Source of the DNA: the human T2T-CHM13v2.0 reference genome, Homo sapiens
DNA: 64,000 bases
Assembly: GCF_009914755.1 (NCBI RefSeq)
Contig: NC_060927.1
Direction: 5' to 3' (one strand)
The notes under the pieces are model-generated. The model made no database searches. It saw only the letters and a list, made by a program, of their open reading frames with translations, and was not told the origin of the DNA. Within the stretch, counting starts at the first letter, position 1. Each line of letters opens with the position of its first letter. The translations under genes were made by a program, and so were the position numbers. Below are positions 42,193-56,944 of the stretch, one piece after another.

Positions 42193-42289
42193 GCAGGCCT
42201 TTTTCCAGAGTCAGTCTGTGCTATAAGTCTAATCTGTTAACATTTGAGTGGATCAAATCTTAAAACCATGAGATAGCTTCTCATTAGTA
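42193..42289 (+). repeat. Direct doublet copy A (partner 43001-43099)
   Basis: taagtctaatctgtt..c.tttgagtggatcaa.tcttaaaacc...atagcttctcat.agta occurs twice, offset ~810 bp. Confidence 0.9.
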
Positions 42290-44370
42290 CTAGTGTATGT
42301 ATTTGAGAAATTGTTGAATTAAACATGCAAGTTGCAGTATGATGTGTACAATGGTACTACTCAGGTAAAATTTTAAAATATGTAGAACATTACTGTATAC
42401 TCTGGATGGATGTGTGTGTGGTGTGTGTGTGTGTGCATGAAAAACTTGGTTTGGAAAGAAACATGAAGTTTAGGAAAACAATTATTTTCTGAGAAAAGAG
42501 ATGGGAGGGAGAGCAGGCAAGAATTCAAAATAGTCTTAAATTGAATCCATCATATATTATTTCTGAAAAAAAATGAATCAAATATTCCAGATAACATTTT
42601 AGAATCTGAATGGTGCATGTATGGGTATGTTATATTCTTCTTTGTATTTTTCTATATGTTTGATACTTGTCTTAAAAATAAATGTAATAACAATAATGTA
42701 CAAGTTGGTAATGGAATTAAAACTTTTGGCTCTAGGGGCTTGGTTCATGTTTGATCAATATCAAGCCTTTTGGGGTTATCTTCAGGAATGTGATTGTAAT
42801 ATCCTGCATTGTGTCTTACTCTGGGACAACCTCAGAATGTAAAGTTATACTTAGGAGTCCAGAACACCTTCCTTTTGTAAACACATATGCATTAGATATT
42901 GTTAGGATAAAACTTCGCTGATGGTTTTATCAGCGATAAACTTCATACTTAGGTATGAAGTATGAATATTTAATGCAGTATGAAGTTTGAATATTGTAAT
43001 GCAGGGACTTTTTCCTGGGCCAGTCTATACTCTTAAGTCTAATCTGTTCCCCTTTGAGTGGATCAACTCTTAAAACCCTTAAATAGCTTCTCATCAGTAG
43101 GACAAAGTTCATGCAACTTAAGGGGACCTAGGAAGCCTGCTTCCCCTTTTCCCCTGTTGCTCCTCCCACCATCCTTTTTTCTTTCTTTCTGTTATCCAAC
43201 TATACTAGACTTTTTATCCTTCTTCTGTTTCCTCTTAGGTGTCCTGTTCATTCTCTTGAGGAGGCATTGATTTCCCCTTTCCTCTTTAACTCCGTCCCTA
43301 TCCCTCAGTTTTTCTAGTGGACCGCTCTACATCAGTCAAATCTTAGCTTCAGTATCCCAGTGTAACCACGTAAGTTCCACTACTGTATGCTTTCTACAAT
43401 TTTCCAATATTAATGCTCATATCCTCACTGTTATTACTCACATGCCCACCTTTCCAGTCTTCAATTTAAGCCCTATTAGGAAGAAACCATGTTTATCTCC
43501 ATTTCTCTAGCACCTATGTAGCATTTATAATATAAGCACTAAATAAATATTTGTTGAATGAAAACATGAATTAAGTACAGTTTGGGCTTCTGATGAATAT
43601 ATACTCACTAGATACTTAAAATTTTTAATGGAAAATACTGGATTTAAAGAAAACTTTTATGAATATTTTAATGAACATTTTCATAAAATATTGAGAGGAT
43701 TTATGGTCAAAGATATATTTTTAAATTGGAGAAGTAAAGTGTTTACTCACAAGGAAAGCAATGCTAGAGTCCCATGGGCATTAACAGGTTAATTTTCTTC
43801 TTTAAATAAATTAATTAAAATTTTTATTACTAATACACGTGTATGGAAACAATCAAAGAGGACTGAAGTGTTTAAAATGAAAAGCAGTAATCATATGCTT
43901 CAGTGTTCCTCAGTTCTATCTGATTAATAAGTTAAAACTTTAATAAGATTCACCTTCAAGAAGAAAAATGTGCATGAACAAAAACAACTATAGTTGTTGA
44001 GTTGAAGGTAGAATGGGAATAAAGCCTCACACTAAAGGGGCTTTTTAAGTCATGATTTGTTTTTAAAAATGCCATCTGAAGGGCACAGTGATTCCTCCAG
44101 TGTTAGCTTGTGTTTTCTATAACCTTCTTCCTCAAAGGCCCATCCTAAAAAAGATTCAGCTTTGCTTTTTTGCCCCTCTTTCCAAAGACAGGATCTCAAA
44201 AAATGGTAACTAATTTAAGCCCTGCTAAATGTCCAGATGCAGCACCTGGGAAAAATGAAGTTCAGAAGTTCAGAATTTGGAAGCGCTTAAGCTAGAAGAA
44301 TCTTCTTGCTGTGGTTGCATGTCTGGTTCTGGAAGCTAGTAACTTCTTTCAGGCAGGCATTGTTCCATTA

Positions 44371-45202
<832 letters not shown>

Positions 45203-45797
45203 CTTTTGAGAGAAACTTTACCAGGGATGTTCATGGAACTCTGTCCAAGTTACACTTTGATGTGACTCTTTACTCTGGAGTAGATCAGATATGGAATCCA
45301 AACCTTGGAATTTCTAAGTTAGCTTCTTAGTAACTTACAGTTTAAATGTAGCAATGAAAACAAGAGTAGGATTTTTTTTTTTCAGTTGTAAAAGAAATTT
45401 CTAGAAACTAAGAGCTTTACAGAGCTTAAAATTTATTCTCATTGTTTTATTTTTAAACTCTAAGTTTCTGCCAGGACAAAAATGTTCAGTTCTTTTTGGA
45501 TTCTGATGGCCTGGTAAAACTTCTTTGTAAACCTAGGGGATGTGATAGAATTGGCACAGGAGAAAATTAATTTGGTTGGGATCCATGAATGGAATGGAGG
45601 TGATGTGCAGGCCTTGCAGTCTGTTGTAATCAATCATTATAGAAGTTTTGCTGCGATGCTGGCCTGCCCAACACTCTGCACTTTGGGCAACATCGTGAAA
45701 AGATATCTTCCTGTAGATCCCTGCTCTGGTGCAATACAAGTGTCAACATAGAAATAGAATGTGTGTTATTATAGGCCACATATATACACATTCAATA

Positions 45798-45852
45798 AAA
45801 TGTCTCAGCATTTACTCGTGTGTGTGTGTGTGTGTATGTGTCTGTGTGTGTG
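45798..45852. repeat. Interrupted (TG)n microsatellite
   Basis: gtgtgtgtgtgtgtgtgtatgtgtctgtgtgtgtg. Confidence 0.85.
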
Positions 45853-46636
45853 TTCTGGAAAAAAGTTAAATGAGATTTTCCACAACTTTTTAAAAAAATT
45901 TCAGCCTCGTTGTAGGATATTTTCCAAACCCACATTTTCCAGCAATTTGAGCCCCAAACTTATAGCAATGAGGCACTTTCTTGACAAAGGTGAGTCAAAA
46001 ACAGGAACCCTTTGATTCTGTTTGTCACATGATGCTGGATGTTATAAAATAATAATAGCAAGGAGTTCATTTCTTTCCCTTTGATCGTCAGACTTTTAGC
46101 TGCTTCACTTCCATTGCTAAAGCCAGGAATTCAGAAGTGTAGGTCAGATGCTGTGCGTAGAAAATGCATTTGGGAGCATACACATTAAATGGGTTATAAA
46201 TAGTATCTGCCCTGACAATGCTGGAATTTTCTCAGCTTTTAGAGACATTGAAGTCTTTGTTTTGTGGGTTGCTGCCCTCCACCCCCAACCCCCTAAGCTT
46301 GAGTCATAAAGCCTGAAAAACTAATGAGGTTGCTGAAACTTAAAATCTAATTGGTAGGATGTATGGAAAACAATGAGAGATGGCAGAAACCGTACACTTC
46401 GATTCAAGTTGGCTTCTCTGTTGCAGCATTGCAACTTGCTCACTTTGCATTTTATTGTTCCAGGTCCTTGAATTAATTTTTTCCTTCAATAGGATCAAAT
46501 TAGACCTAGATTTAAAAAAAACTCATAAGTAGATAACCATCAAGGCTAATATTAGGATCCTAAAGTCTTCATTTAGAAAAGGAAAAAAAAAAACTAAAAA
46601 AAAAAAAAAAAGCAAAAGTTCAAACGGGATTTTCTT

Positions 46637-47011
<375 letters not shown>

Positions 47012-47027
47012 TAGATGATATTTTACA

Positions 47028-47245
47028 ACAAAGGTCTACAAACTATAAACCACACCTGGCCTGTCAGCATCTTCATGGATGCCCCTACAATTAAGAATGA
47101 TTTTCACATTGAATGTTTTTCCCCCCAGCCGTTTAATGTTGAAAAAACAAACAGAGAAAGAACATGTGGTAGACATCATACCTGGCCCACCAACCCTGCA
47201 ATATTTGCTATCTGGCCCTTTACCTACAAAGCTTGCTGGCCCCTG
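47028..47245 (+). mobile_element. MER58A (hAT-Charlie)
   Basis: caaaggtctacaaacta...aagaatgattttcacatt...aatatttgctatctggccctttac...gctggcccctg. Confidence 0.8.
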
Positions 47246-47804
47246 GTTTAGAATGTGCTTGCTGTGTCACCCTTGCTATTAGATATGTAATCAGATAAAA
47301 AGTTTCTTTCTTGGATTTTGTTAATTCACCCATTGAATATTTCTGGAGTATTTATTCCATTCCTGGCACTGTCATAGGCACTGGGGAAATGAAGTGTAAA
47401 AAGTCACACCAAAACACAGACTAAAGGGCATATTTCAAAAGTGACAGAGCTTGCATTCCTGTCGAGAGAAAAAGACCAAACCTAACCAACCCGAACAGAA
47501 ACAAGAAATGAAAAACTTAATTACCAGGAAAATAAACCAGCTGAGTATGAGATAGATAATAACAGCAATTTCTGTGCTTCCCCCCTTGAACTGCACTATG
47601 GAATGGTGACTAAGTTATTTCCCACATTTTGAATTCACCCACCCACATACAAACACCAAATACTTGCTTGCTTTCCCCAAGTCATTTCCTCATTTTTAAT
47701 TTTATTTTTTTCCTAAAGTCTTTTTGCCCCAGCTGAAATTCATTACTCAACCCTGTCTTATTGAGTACTTTAGTTTGGTGTTTCCAAGGTTTATTTATTT
47801 GGTG

Positions 47805-48083
47805 TTTGTTTTTTTTTTTTTCTTGAAAGAGTCTCACTCTGTCACCCAGGGTGAGTACAGTGGTGCAATCTCGGCTCACTGCAAGCAATTTTCCTGCTTC
47901 AGCCTTCTGAGTAGCTGGGATTACAGGTGCATGCCACCACGCCTGGCTAATTTTGGTATTTTTAGTAAAGATGGGGTTTTGCCATGTTGGCCAGGCTGGT
48001 CTCGAACTCCTGACCTCAGGTGATCTGCCCGCCTCTGCCTCCCAAAGTGCTGGGATTATGGACATGAACCGCTGCACTCGGCC
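47805..48083 (-). mobile_element. AluS with a ~20-nt internal deletion
   Basis: ctcactgcaagcaattttcctgc junction; cctgacctcaggtgatctgcccgcc. Confidence 0.93.
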
Positions 48084-48175
48084 TCATCCTTTTTTTAAAT
48101 TAGCTTTTCTGTGTCTTTAGACTTAAGGCTTGTTGCTTGTATGCAGCATATAGTTGGATTTTGATCCTTACTCTT

Positions 48176-48510
48176 TGTCTTAGCAGCTCAGGCTGCTATC
48201 ATGAAATACCATAGACTGGTAGCTTACACAACATATTTATTTTTCACGGTTCTGAAGGCTAGGAAGTTCAGATCAAGGTGCTGGCAGATTTGATTCCTGA
48301 TAAGAAGGTCTCTTTCTGTCTGGCAGATGGCTGCTTTCTCACTGTATCCCCAGAGAGCCAAAGAAGCTCTCTGGTGTCTCTTCTAATAAGGGCACTAATG
48401 CCATCCTGGGGGCCCCATTCTCATGACCTCATCTAAACTCAATTACCTCCCAAAGGCCCCACCACCGAATATCATCATATTAAGATTAGGGCTTCAACAT
48501 ATGAAGACAA
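48176..48510 (-). mobile_element. MLT1A0-type MaLR solo LTR
   Basis: tgtcttag...ggctgctatcatgaaataccatagactgg...ctcatgacctcatctaaac...agggcttcaacatatga. Confidence 0.9.
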
Positions 48511-49309
48511 CAGTCTTTTATGCTTTTTCCCCCTTTTTTGGTAAATATGTATTATGGATTATAGTTATTTTATTTATTTTAGTATCAGAATCTTTCCTCA
48601 GATCTGACATTCTCTAAAACTTTTGTGATCTGCACCAAAGTAAGTTACAGACAAATGTTTGCTTGTTTCCTTTATTTTGGATCTTTTCTGTAAGAATTCT
48701 TTGTGATACTACCAGATTAGTAATCCTGCTCTCCTAAGCATACTGAGTGGTAGCCTATGATTTCTTTTGTGGTTCAAAATATGCCCTGTAGCCTGTGTTT
48801 TGGTTAGCAGAATGGCCAGAGCTTAGACTAAAGGCCACGACTCACACATTCCAAATACATATAGGCTTGAAGTTATCCTATTATAAAACAGTTACCACAT
48901 TCATGTAAATGGCCAGGCAAAGGTCAAAATATGAGCAACATTATTTGTAGCTCAGTGAGAGATTTGATGTTCAAAGTCTGTCAGCATTTGTCAGAAGACT
49001 GATATTGTCAATGGCTGTTTCAGATTAAGACCAACTAAAAAGTGATTTGGTGTGAACTCAGAATATAGGGAAAATAAGACAATTTGAATGTACCCCAGGA
49101 AACAAGAGCCCTGCACTTGACTCCAAAAGGAGTTCTATTATTCTGGCTGTTTCCAGACTTTATTGTATCTTGAGAAGAGAACTGTTTTCCCTCTAAATCA
49201 GTTTCATCATCTGTATCCAGGGTAGTACTCACAAGAACATGTCAATATCAATAGCATGCATATGGGGTGTTGGATTCTTAGAACTTATTGCAATTGCTTC
49301 CTCTAGGTT

Positions 49310-50080
49310 CTATGATGATTATCAATTTATTGCCTCTCAGGTCCAAATTCACCCTTTATTGTCTGCTCTGTGAAAATGGACCTGAACTCTTTAAATGGTA
49401 TGATGTTAAGGTTTGGCAGGAGAGGGTGCTGGAGAGAAGTCACAGGAAGAAGGGGTTTTCCTTCTTAAATCTGGCGTGCATTCTCACGTGGCTTCTGCAG
49501 CATCCATGGCTTCTCCAGGACCTGGCTCTTGCAGCACCGGAGACATCTCCAGGGCTTGTTTCCCACAGCACTTGTGGCTTCTCTAGCACCATGTTCCTCC
49601 AGGGCTCTGGCTTCACTAGTGCCTGGCCCCTGCAGTGCATAGTGGCCACAGCCGCACCTGGTAGCCAGCAGCTTCCTTTGGCACCTCTCCTTGGGCTGTT
49701 TTGTAGCAGGGTGCCTCTGGTGGGACACCTCCCTGTGAACAGCTTCCCTGAAACCCTAGAGGATGGATTCCAGTAAGCTCCACCACTGAAGCACCACAGC
49801 AACTTCCCTGCCTCCAGATTTCTGGCTCTTAGCCCTGGGGATAAAGGCTCTCCCTTGGGCCCTGTATCTCTGTCTTAGAGTTAATGGCCATTCCTTGTCT
49901 CTGCCATTCCTATATTCTTTAAAGTTCTTTCAGGTTCTCTTTACTTCTTGCTAGCTAAGTCTTGTTATAGTTAGTAATTTCTTCTATTAAAGTTTCTATT
50001 TTCAGACAGTAGTTTGAAAAGAGAAAGTTTAATAGATGAAATGACAAACCATCTCTCCTAATTGGACCCAGGGTTAATAT
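49310..50080 (+). mobile_element. LTR41/LTR33-family ERVL solo LTR
   Basis: aatttattgcctctcaggtccaaattcacccttt...gatgttaaggtttggcaggagagggtgctggag...cctgtgaacagcttccctg; attaaa near 49986. Confidence 0.8.
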
Positions 50081-50934
50081 AGGGTCCCATCAATAGTATT
50101 ATGGGGTTCTGTGCTTGTGTTGCAAAAAACAAGTGGTTGAAAGAGAATCTAATGGATTTGTTCAAAGGAGCGTGAAATCAGAATGTATGTGCTATTATAT
50201 ATTTCCCTGCACTCTTCTGGTTGAATAAACCAATTTTAGGAAAATCTGGAAGTTTGCCATTATCTGTAATGGAGGAAGAGAATAGTGGTTCTGATGATAC
50301 TAGAGTGAAAAAAATTCATTGTCTGACAAATTGACCATTCTGCTTTGTGTGGGAACTTCAGGTTCAGGTTCTCACAACAAGGCTGCTGAGGGGACCTAGT
50401 GGATGAGTTCAGTTTCTGGGGATTGTCTGCAAAGTGATAATATCTACATTGATAATCCTAAATTGATTAAGAGTGCATGTCAAGCGTTGTTTCCTTCCAC
50501 CCTCATATCTTGTGATAGGGCCATAGCAGTTGTTCTTTTCTTCCCCTTTTCTGTGTGAATCCTGCAGCAGTATGATATGGGCCAGCCTATGATGCGGAAG
50601 TAAAAGAAAAACCAGAATAAGGTGCCTTGAGGATTATCTGGTCTGATCCCTTTATTTTTGAGATGGGGAAACTGACCAAGAGTGAGGTTAAGTGTGTTGC
50701 TCTCAAGAGTGTCCACCTAGTTAGAAAACACAAAAATATAGCAAAACAGATCTGATTCCTAGCTGGTTGTTTCCCTCCAAACTTTACTTTTTAATCTCTA
50801 ATGATTTATTTCTTTATATTTATATATTAAGATTTACAAAACTTGGAAAAATATGATATATACTTTAAAATTAAATGATATTTTAGTCCACATTAAAAGA
50901 ATAGATCAGTAAATGTCTTGTGCAGGTGCATCTT

Positions 50935-51440
50935 TTTAAAATTTTACACTACATATATTGAAGTGGAATACATAGAGAGGAGAATGTACATATTATAAGT
51001 GTACACCATGATGATTTATTGACAAACTGGACTCTCGTTAACCAGCCCTCAGGTAAACTAATTGAACATTACCTGCACCCTAGATGCTTCCTTCCTGTGC
51101 CTTTTATTCACTACCCCTCCCAAGGTTAACCAGTATCTTAACTACCAACTGCATAGATTAATTTTGCCTGTCTTGTCCTTTATAGAAATGGAACAAGCCA
51201 TATGGTCATATAGTAGGTACTTACTTGGGCCTGGCATCTTTTGTTCATGATTATGTTTGGGAAATTGATTCTTCCTCATTGCTGTAAGTAGTTATATAGT
51301 TCATTCATTTTCATTTCCATATAGTATTTCATTATCTAATCCTACTAGGATTTAGTTATCCATTCTACTGTTGATGGATATTTGGAGCCTTTTCTAATTT
51401 GGGGCATTTACAGTGAGGCTATGAACATTCATTATAATTA
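50935..51440 (-). mobile_element. Old L1M (L1MD/ME-like) 3' end
   Basis: attgaagtggaatacatagagaggagaatgtaca...catagattaattttgcctgt...atccattctactgttgatggatatttg. Confidence 0.85.
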
Positions 51441-51479
51441 CTTTTAAAAACTTTTGGACATTGGAAGACAGCAAAATGT

Positions 51480-51685
51480 GAGGTTGAAGACACAAGCTTG
51501 GAGTTAGACAACTCATTAACTGTTCAGTCTTGGTCTAGTTCTTTATGTTCATGAGCCTGTCTCCTCATTGGCAATGGGCTTACTAATACCAGTTGTGCAG
51601 GGTTTGGGAAATAATGGAATAAAATGATGGATACTGTGCACAGTGCTTGACACATAAGTACTCAAATAATGGAAGCTGCCATTAC
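51480..51685 (+). mobile_element. MIR SINE
   Basis: ggagttagac...tctcctcattggcaatggg...cacagtgcttgacacataagtactcaaataatgg. Confidence 0.7.
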
Positions 51686-52202
51686 TTTTTAAATTAAAGT
51701 TTTATACATTATAGCAAAGTATCAGCCAAGCTTATTTTACTATTTGTATCTGGTTGCTTGTACACAGTGTTTTTCATTTTCTCAGGGCCTGCACATGCTT
51801 TATCTTTGGAGTAATGTTTGATTCTTTATCTTTCCTTTCCCTTCCTCTCTGCCACAATTATTACCTGCCTGTTGTATTCTAGGTACTGGGGACAGGAACT
51901 GAATAAATGAGCAGACATTATTCATTCCTGAGTTTTCTTCTCAGTTTTTGCTGTTGTATTAGCCTACATCCTCCTCTTCTCATGCCATCCTCTGAATGCT
52001 AACATTGCTCTTTGACAGCCTCTCACCAGTGTAACCCATCCTATCTGAGGGGGACAGGATCATCTTTCTCCAGTACCACCACTGCCAGTTGAGTTCTTTA
52101 GTGAGGACTTGAGAAAATTCAGCTTTACCCTCAAGTCTTCAACAGACACTGTGGTGCAGGCTTTTCTCCTAAAGATGTGGATGTGCAGTGAGACAAAGCC
52201 AC

Positions 52203-52525
52203 TGTATCAGTCAGCAGAGGCTAAGTTTTGCTGCATTAACAAAGGACTCCAAAATTTTATGACTTACAAAACTCACAGATTGACAGTAGCTCTGATCTTT
52301 GTCCAATTCCTTCTGAAACAAAGGCTTAATGAGCACTATCCATTTGGGACATATTTGTCTTGAATAGGAGAAAAAAGGAAACGGAGGAACCACAGAGTGG
52401 CTCTTAGAACTTCTGCTGGGAAGTGGCATATGTCACTTGTACTCACATTTGTTTGCCTACAACACGTCAAGCCTGATATCAATGGGGAGGGAAATATAAA
52501 CCTCCCAGAGAGAGCAATCGGTAGG
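52203..52525 (-). mobile_element. MLT1I/J-type MaLR LTR
   Basis: tgtatcagtcagcagaggctaagttttgctgcattaacaaa...ggctcttagaacttctgctgggaagtggcatatgtcactt. Confidence 0.8.
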
Positions 52526-53888
52526 AAGGGACTTGGCACAGAGTCCCTTGGCTCAGTCATGTTTTAAACATGTTTTAAACACTTCCATTGAATCAGTGGA
52601 CATGACTTTTGGAATATAATTCCCAATTTATTTTCCCTTTTTTTTTTGACCTTCACATCACTTTACTGTCAAATCAGCAAACTGGCAATGCACAAGATAT
52701 ACAGAAGACCAAGGCTCCAAATTAGTGGCCCAGGCACCCTGATGACTTCCTGTTTCTCAGAAAAGTAAGCTTGGGCAGCAGTGACCTCCACAGCCTATGA
52801 TAAATGAGGAATCAACAGTTGCATTCCATAATTCAATAAATAGTTCTTCCTTCTGCCAGGTGATGTGATGGAAGCTCTGTGCAGCTTCAAAGTAAGAGTT
52901 GACTTCTGCGTCTATACAATTCTTGTCATAAATGTGATCAAGTATATCTTTACCTTTCTATACAGTTGGCCCAAGGTATGATTACTGGCATGGGTGCCAG
53001 CTAATAAGTAAATCAGTCAGTATTGACACCATGTTTAGCCTCAAGCATGCTTTTCTCTGGAATGCACATTTGGATGAACTTTGAGGAAAATTATTAACTC
53101 ACCCCAACTTAAGGAGCTTTGACCGACCAGAGATTTCAGGATTATGTGTACATAGTTTCAAACGTTGTATTTTAAGATGAAGAATAATTTAAGAAGATTA
53201 GTGAGCATCCTTCATTAATCTGGAGCTATTTTAGTAATAATAAAAAAGGGCAACTTGTTTTCATCTTAGAAGAGTAATAGGTCAGTTTTATTTATAGGTG
53301 ATATCTAATCAATTTTTTATTTAGCTTGTATAGGATGATTCTCAAGTAGATAATGTTAACTCACCTAGAATAAAGGAAACCACTTGTTACCTAAGTATAC
53401 GACATTTTAATAGCTTTTAAAAAATTCACCATACTAGTTTACACAATAAAATGTTTCTATAAGTCTGTGTATATGTATATATAAATATAGAAGGTAAATA
53501 TACAGATTATATTATATAAATAGATAAATATAAAATCACCATGGTATTTTGATATATAAAATGAGTCTCATTATAATGATTCCACTAAATGTACAACCTG
53601 TTATAAAATGAGTGATAATCTGACCCTCATTTCTGTGTTTTAATCTTGGGATGATTTGAAGTAAGGCATAATCATGTATGAACATATTCCTGGAGTCTGA
53701 CATGAGCATCATGAACTTGCTAATTTTATTCCTTGATGGTTTATATAAGTGTCTGACAAATTTAATAGGAAGCAGAGCTTTATTTTTTTTCATTATCAGC
53801 TAGAGAACAAAAACATTGGCATCTGAATTGAATACTGGAATATCGTGTGAGTGTGTGTGTGTGTGTGTGTGTGTTTTACTAAGATTCA

Positions 53889-54186
53889 TGCCACTCAAAG
53901 TGTGACCCATGGACTGGACTGCTTCATGAACTGTGTGGTGCTGTCCTACAATATGCTAAGAATAGAAATAGAGTGTTCTGAAATTTTAGAGCAATCGGAA
54001 AGAGTAGCTTTAGGTCTGTTGGACCTAATAATACAAATTTGGGCTTGCATATTTGTGTTTGTTTTGTTTTTCATCTCATTTGTCTAAGAATTCACTTTTA
54101 TATAGTCTATAAAAGTATCAGCCTGTGATGGATTTGGAGTTAAAAAGACAAACAAACTAATGCCACAGACGGTTTAGAAGCATTGA
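53889..54186. mobile_element. hAT-Charlie-family DNA transposon remnant
   Basis: ccactcaaagtgtgacccatggactgg...aattttagagcaat...ccacagacggtttagaagcattg. Confidence 0.65.
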
Positions 54187-55064
54187 TGAGGAACCTGCAT
54201 CATGATGACAGAAAGTGATATAACTTCTGTTATTCTATAGGCGTGAATTTTGACATGGAGTACTGTGGCTTGTATTGCATTGAGATTTTAAAATTCATGT
54301 CCCCTAACCTTTAAGCCATATCCCCTTAACTTTCCACTACAAATATTCTATTTAACTGTGACTTTTGATCCACTTTTTTCTAGATTGATTCAGAAAAAGT
54401 AATTCTTTGGATTTATTCATTTGTTCAGCCATCGTTTATTGAGGAACTACTTTGTGCCTGACACTATTCCAAACACATAAAATTCAGCAGTAAAAAAACA
54501 GTTCTTGATTTATTTTAGCTAATATGAAAAGAACTCAAATATACAAATATATTTGTGTATATACAAAGGTGTGGATGCACACACACACACCAACTGTCAG
54601 GTGATAGATTGTTTCCACCTGTCATTTGGTTCCACTTGGACTACTAATGCATACATTCTTTCTCCCTATGGATGTTAACATCACTATTGGTGTGGTTTTG
54701 AGCTGATGGAAGTAAGTCCCAGGTAACAAATGTAGGTGACCTCCCTTAGGGCCAGTGATGCCTGAGGATGGCATTCCCAGTTTGGTGATGACAGTGGGTT
54801 GAGAGGAGCCTCAGACAGTGGAGGAACCTTAGAATTCACTGCCACGTATCACTGTTTCCTCTAGGGATATCATTAAAGAGAGAGTTCCATCTGTGTGTTT
54901 CTTTGGTTCAGCAGGAGGGACCGTGATGTGATCTTCTGGGCGATGTTTCAGCTCTGCGAATCTAGGATGGATCAGGAAGGTGTTAAGCCTCTGAAATTAG
55001 GGCAGTGTTTTGTGCAGATGCTCTTTTCTGGGGTGAGGTTCCCTTGCTTTCATCAGGTTCTATC

Positions 55065-55622
55065 GGTGGTTCATGACCCTCAAAGTCAAAGAATCACTGG
55101 TGTACAGTGGCCACAAGAGCCTTCTGCAGTTTGGCCCCTGTTACTCAATCTGGCTTTCCCCTTTGTGCTTCCCTGCTGCATTTGGGCTGGCCTCCTCACT
55201 CTTGCCCAGTGTGCTGCACAGGAGCTCACCTGGGTGTGTACTTCCTGGAAAGCTCGGCCTGCTACCACGCACAGAGCTCATTGCCTCACCTCCTTCAAGA
55301 CTTTGCTCAGATGTCATCCTCTGGGCCTACCCTGACTACCATGTTTAAAATTGCATTCCTCTCCTGGCCCCCAAATCCTGGCCCTTTGGTTGCTTCTTGT
55401 TCTGGCTTATTGTTAACCCTGGCACTTGCTACCTTTAACATTTTCTGTGCTTAGTTATTTGGTTTATCAGGTTTATCATTAGAATTTCCCTCCCCATCCC
55501 GATGCTTCATCAAAGTGGGGATGTTTGTCTCTGCTCACTGCTGTATCCCCCACACTTTGAACCTGTCTGGTGTATAATGGGTGCTCAGTAAATGAAAAGG
55601 GGGTTCAATAAATGAATGAACA
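55065..55622 (+). mobile_element. L2a 3' end
   Basis: cctcacctccttcaagactttgctcagatgtcatc...gctcactgctgtatcccc...aataaatgaatgaa. Confidence 0.85.
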
Positions 55623-55879
55623 GATATGATATCTGTCTCTCCCTTTCAGTGTGCCCAACATGGAGCTTAAATTTGGCTGGTTGCTCCATGTATACTGCAT
55701 CCCATCGGTTATGGTTTCATGAATCTCATGTCTTACGTTGCCATAAATTAGCTTTTAATGTATCCCTGTATTTTCTTTTCAGATTACAAATATTCCCATT
55801 ATCCATTTTCATCTTTTTCTTATTGATTTTTGCTGTCTGTTTCATCTTGCTTTACCCTAGACCCTCAAAGTGTTTGTGG

Positions 55880-56130
55880 ATAAGACCTTAGGCAAGTTAG
55901 CTGACTTCTCTACCCCTCAGTTTCCTCATCTTGTAAAATAGGGATAACGATACACAACCTTGCAGGGTTGCTCTGAGGCTGAAATGAGATGATGTGTGTC
56001 AAGCAGTTAGCATAGTACCATACTTAAATATTGGTTGCAATAATGCTGTTGAAGATGTAAGTATCTTAAGGCTCAGTGTAATGTCTGGCACATGATGGGC
56101 ACGGAGTAAATGGCAGCCGTTAACAATTAT
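55880..56130 (+). mobile_element. MIR SINE(s)
   Basis: gaccttaggcaagttagctgacttctctacccctcagtttcctcatcttgtaaaataggg. Confidence 0.85.
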
Positions 56131-56566
56131 GCTTCCCCCCCATTATTATCATCACTAATGATATGGTCTGGACAATCGACATGGAGTAGGGCACTAGCAG
56201 AAAATCCTCGACAGGGTTAAGGGTTGACGTTCTTGTCCTCTTTTTCTGTTCCTTTTTCTTTCCTCTTCCATGGTGGGGATAAACTTTTTCTCCCCTTGCC
56301 ATGCAAAGGAAGACCTTCCGTTCTTTGCTGTGTGCTGTGATGTTGGTTGTCACTATCATAGTAATACCATATCTTTTGCAATTTTTTTGTTTGACTAGAT
56401 AGCAGTAGGTAACTAATCTGGGTCCTCAAGACATATTTCTATATATGGATTTCACAACAATCTTGATTTCCGGCAAGAGTTTCATTTTTGTGGAGGGCAT
56501 TTCAAGGAGCTGCCTTGTAAATTTCTGAATGCTTGGGTTGTTTGCTTTGTTTCTTTTACCCCTCAG

Positions 56567-56572
56567 TGCCAG
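56567..56572 (+). other. Candidate 6-nt microexon (TGCCAG) or recursive splice site
   Basis: ttgtttgctttgtttcttttacccctcag|TGCCAG|gtaagt; ~55 nt free of AG upstream; consensus donor. Confidence 0.4.
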
Positions 56573-56944
56573 GTAAGTAAAATTCCCCAGATTTGAATCT
56601 TACAGTTAATCAATCAGCAAATACTTATTAAGTATATACATGGGAGATTATTTGAAGAGCAGAATGACACAGTGAAAGGTGAGCTTTAGAAAGATTAATC
56701 TGGGGGTTGTGTGCCTAATTGGTGGAAGGCTCTGGTGAGCAGAGAAGGGAGAGTTTGTTGTGGGAGTCCACAAGAACCAGTGGTGGAACGGTGCCCGAGG
56801 GAGTGGGAGCTGGGGTGGTACACAGGGTGTACGCATGCTCAGCTTCCCTAGGTATAGCCAGCCAGTCTCCCGGAGCCGGTGCCCCAATTTACACTTCCAT
56901 CCACAATGCTCAGAATTTTGGCTGCTCTCTGGTCTTTCCAACAT

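Noticed and set aside
49288-49802. 162-aa and 120-aa ORFs
   Set aside because: They lie within a GC-richer LTR41/33-type solo LTR and show no protein similarity I can recognise.
54895-55454. Overlapping 146/115/91-aa ORFs
   Set aside because: Largely within an L2a remnant.
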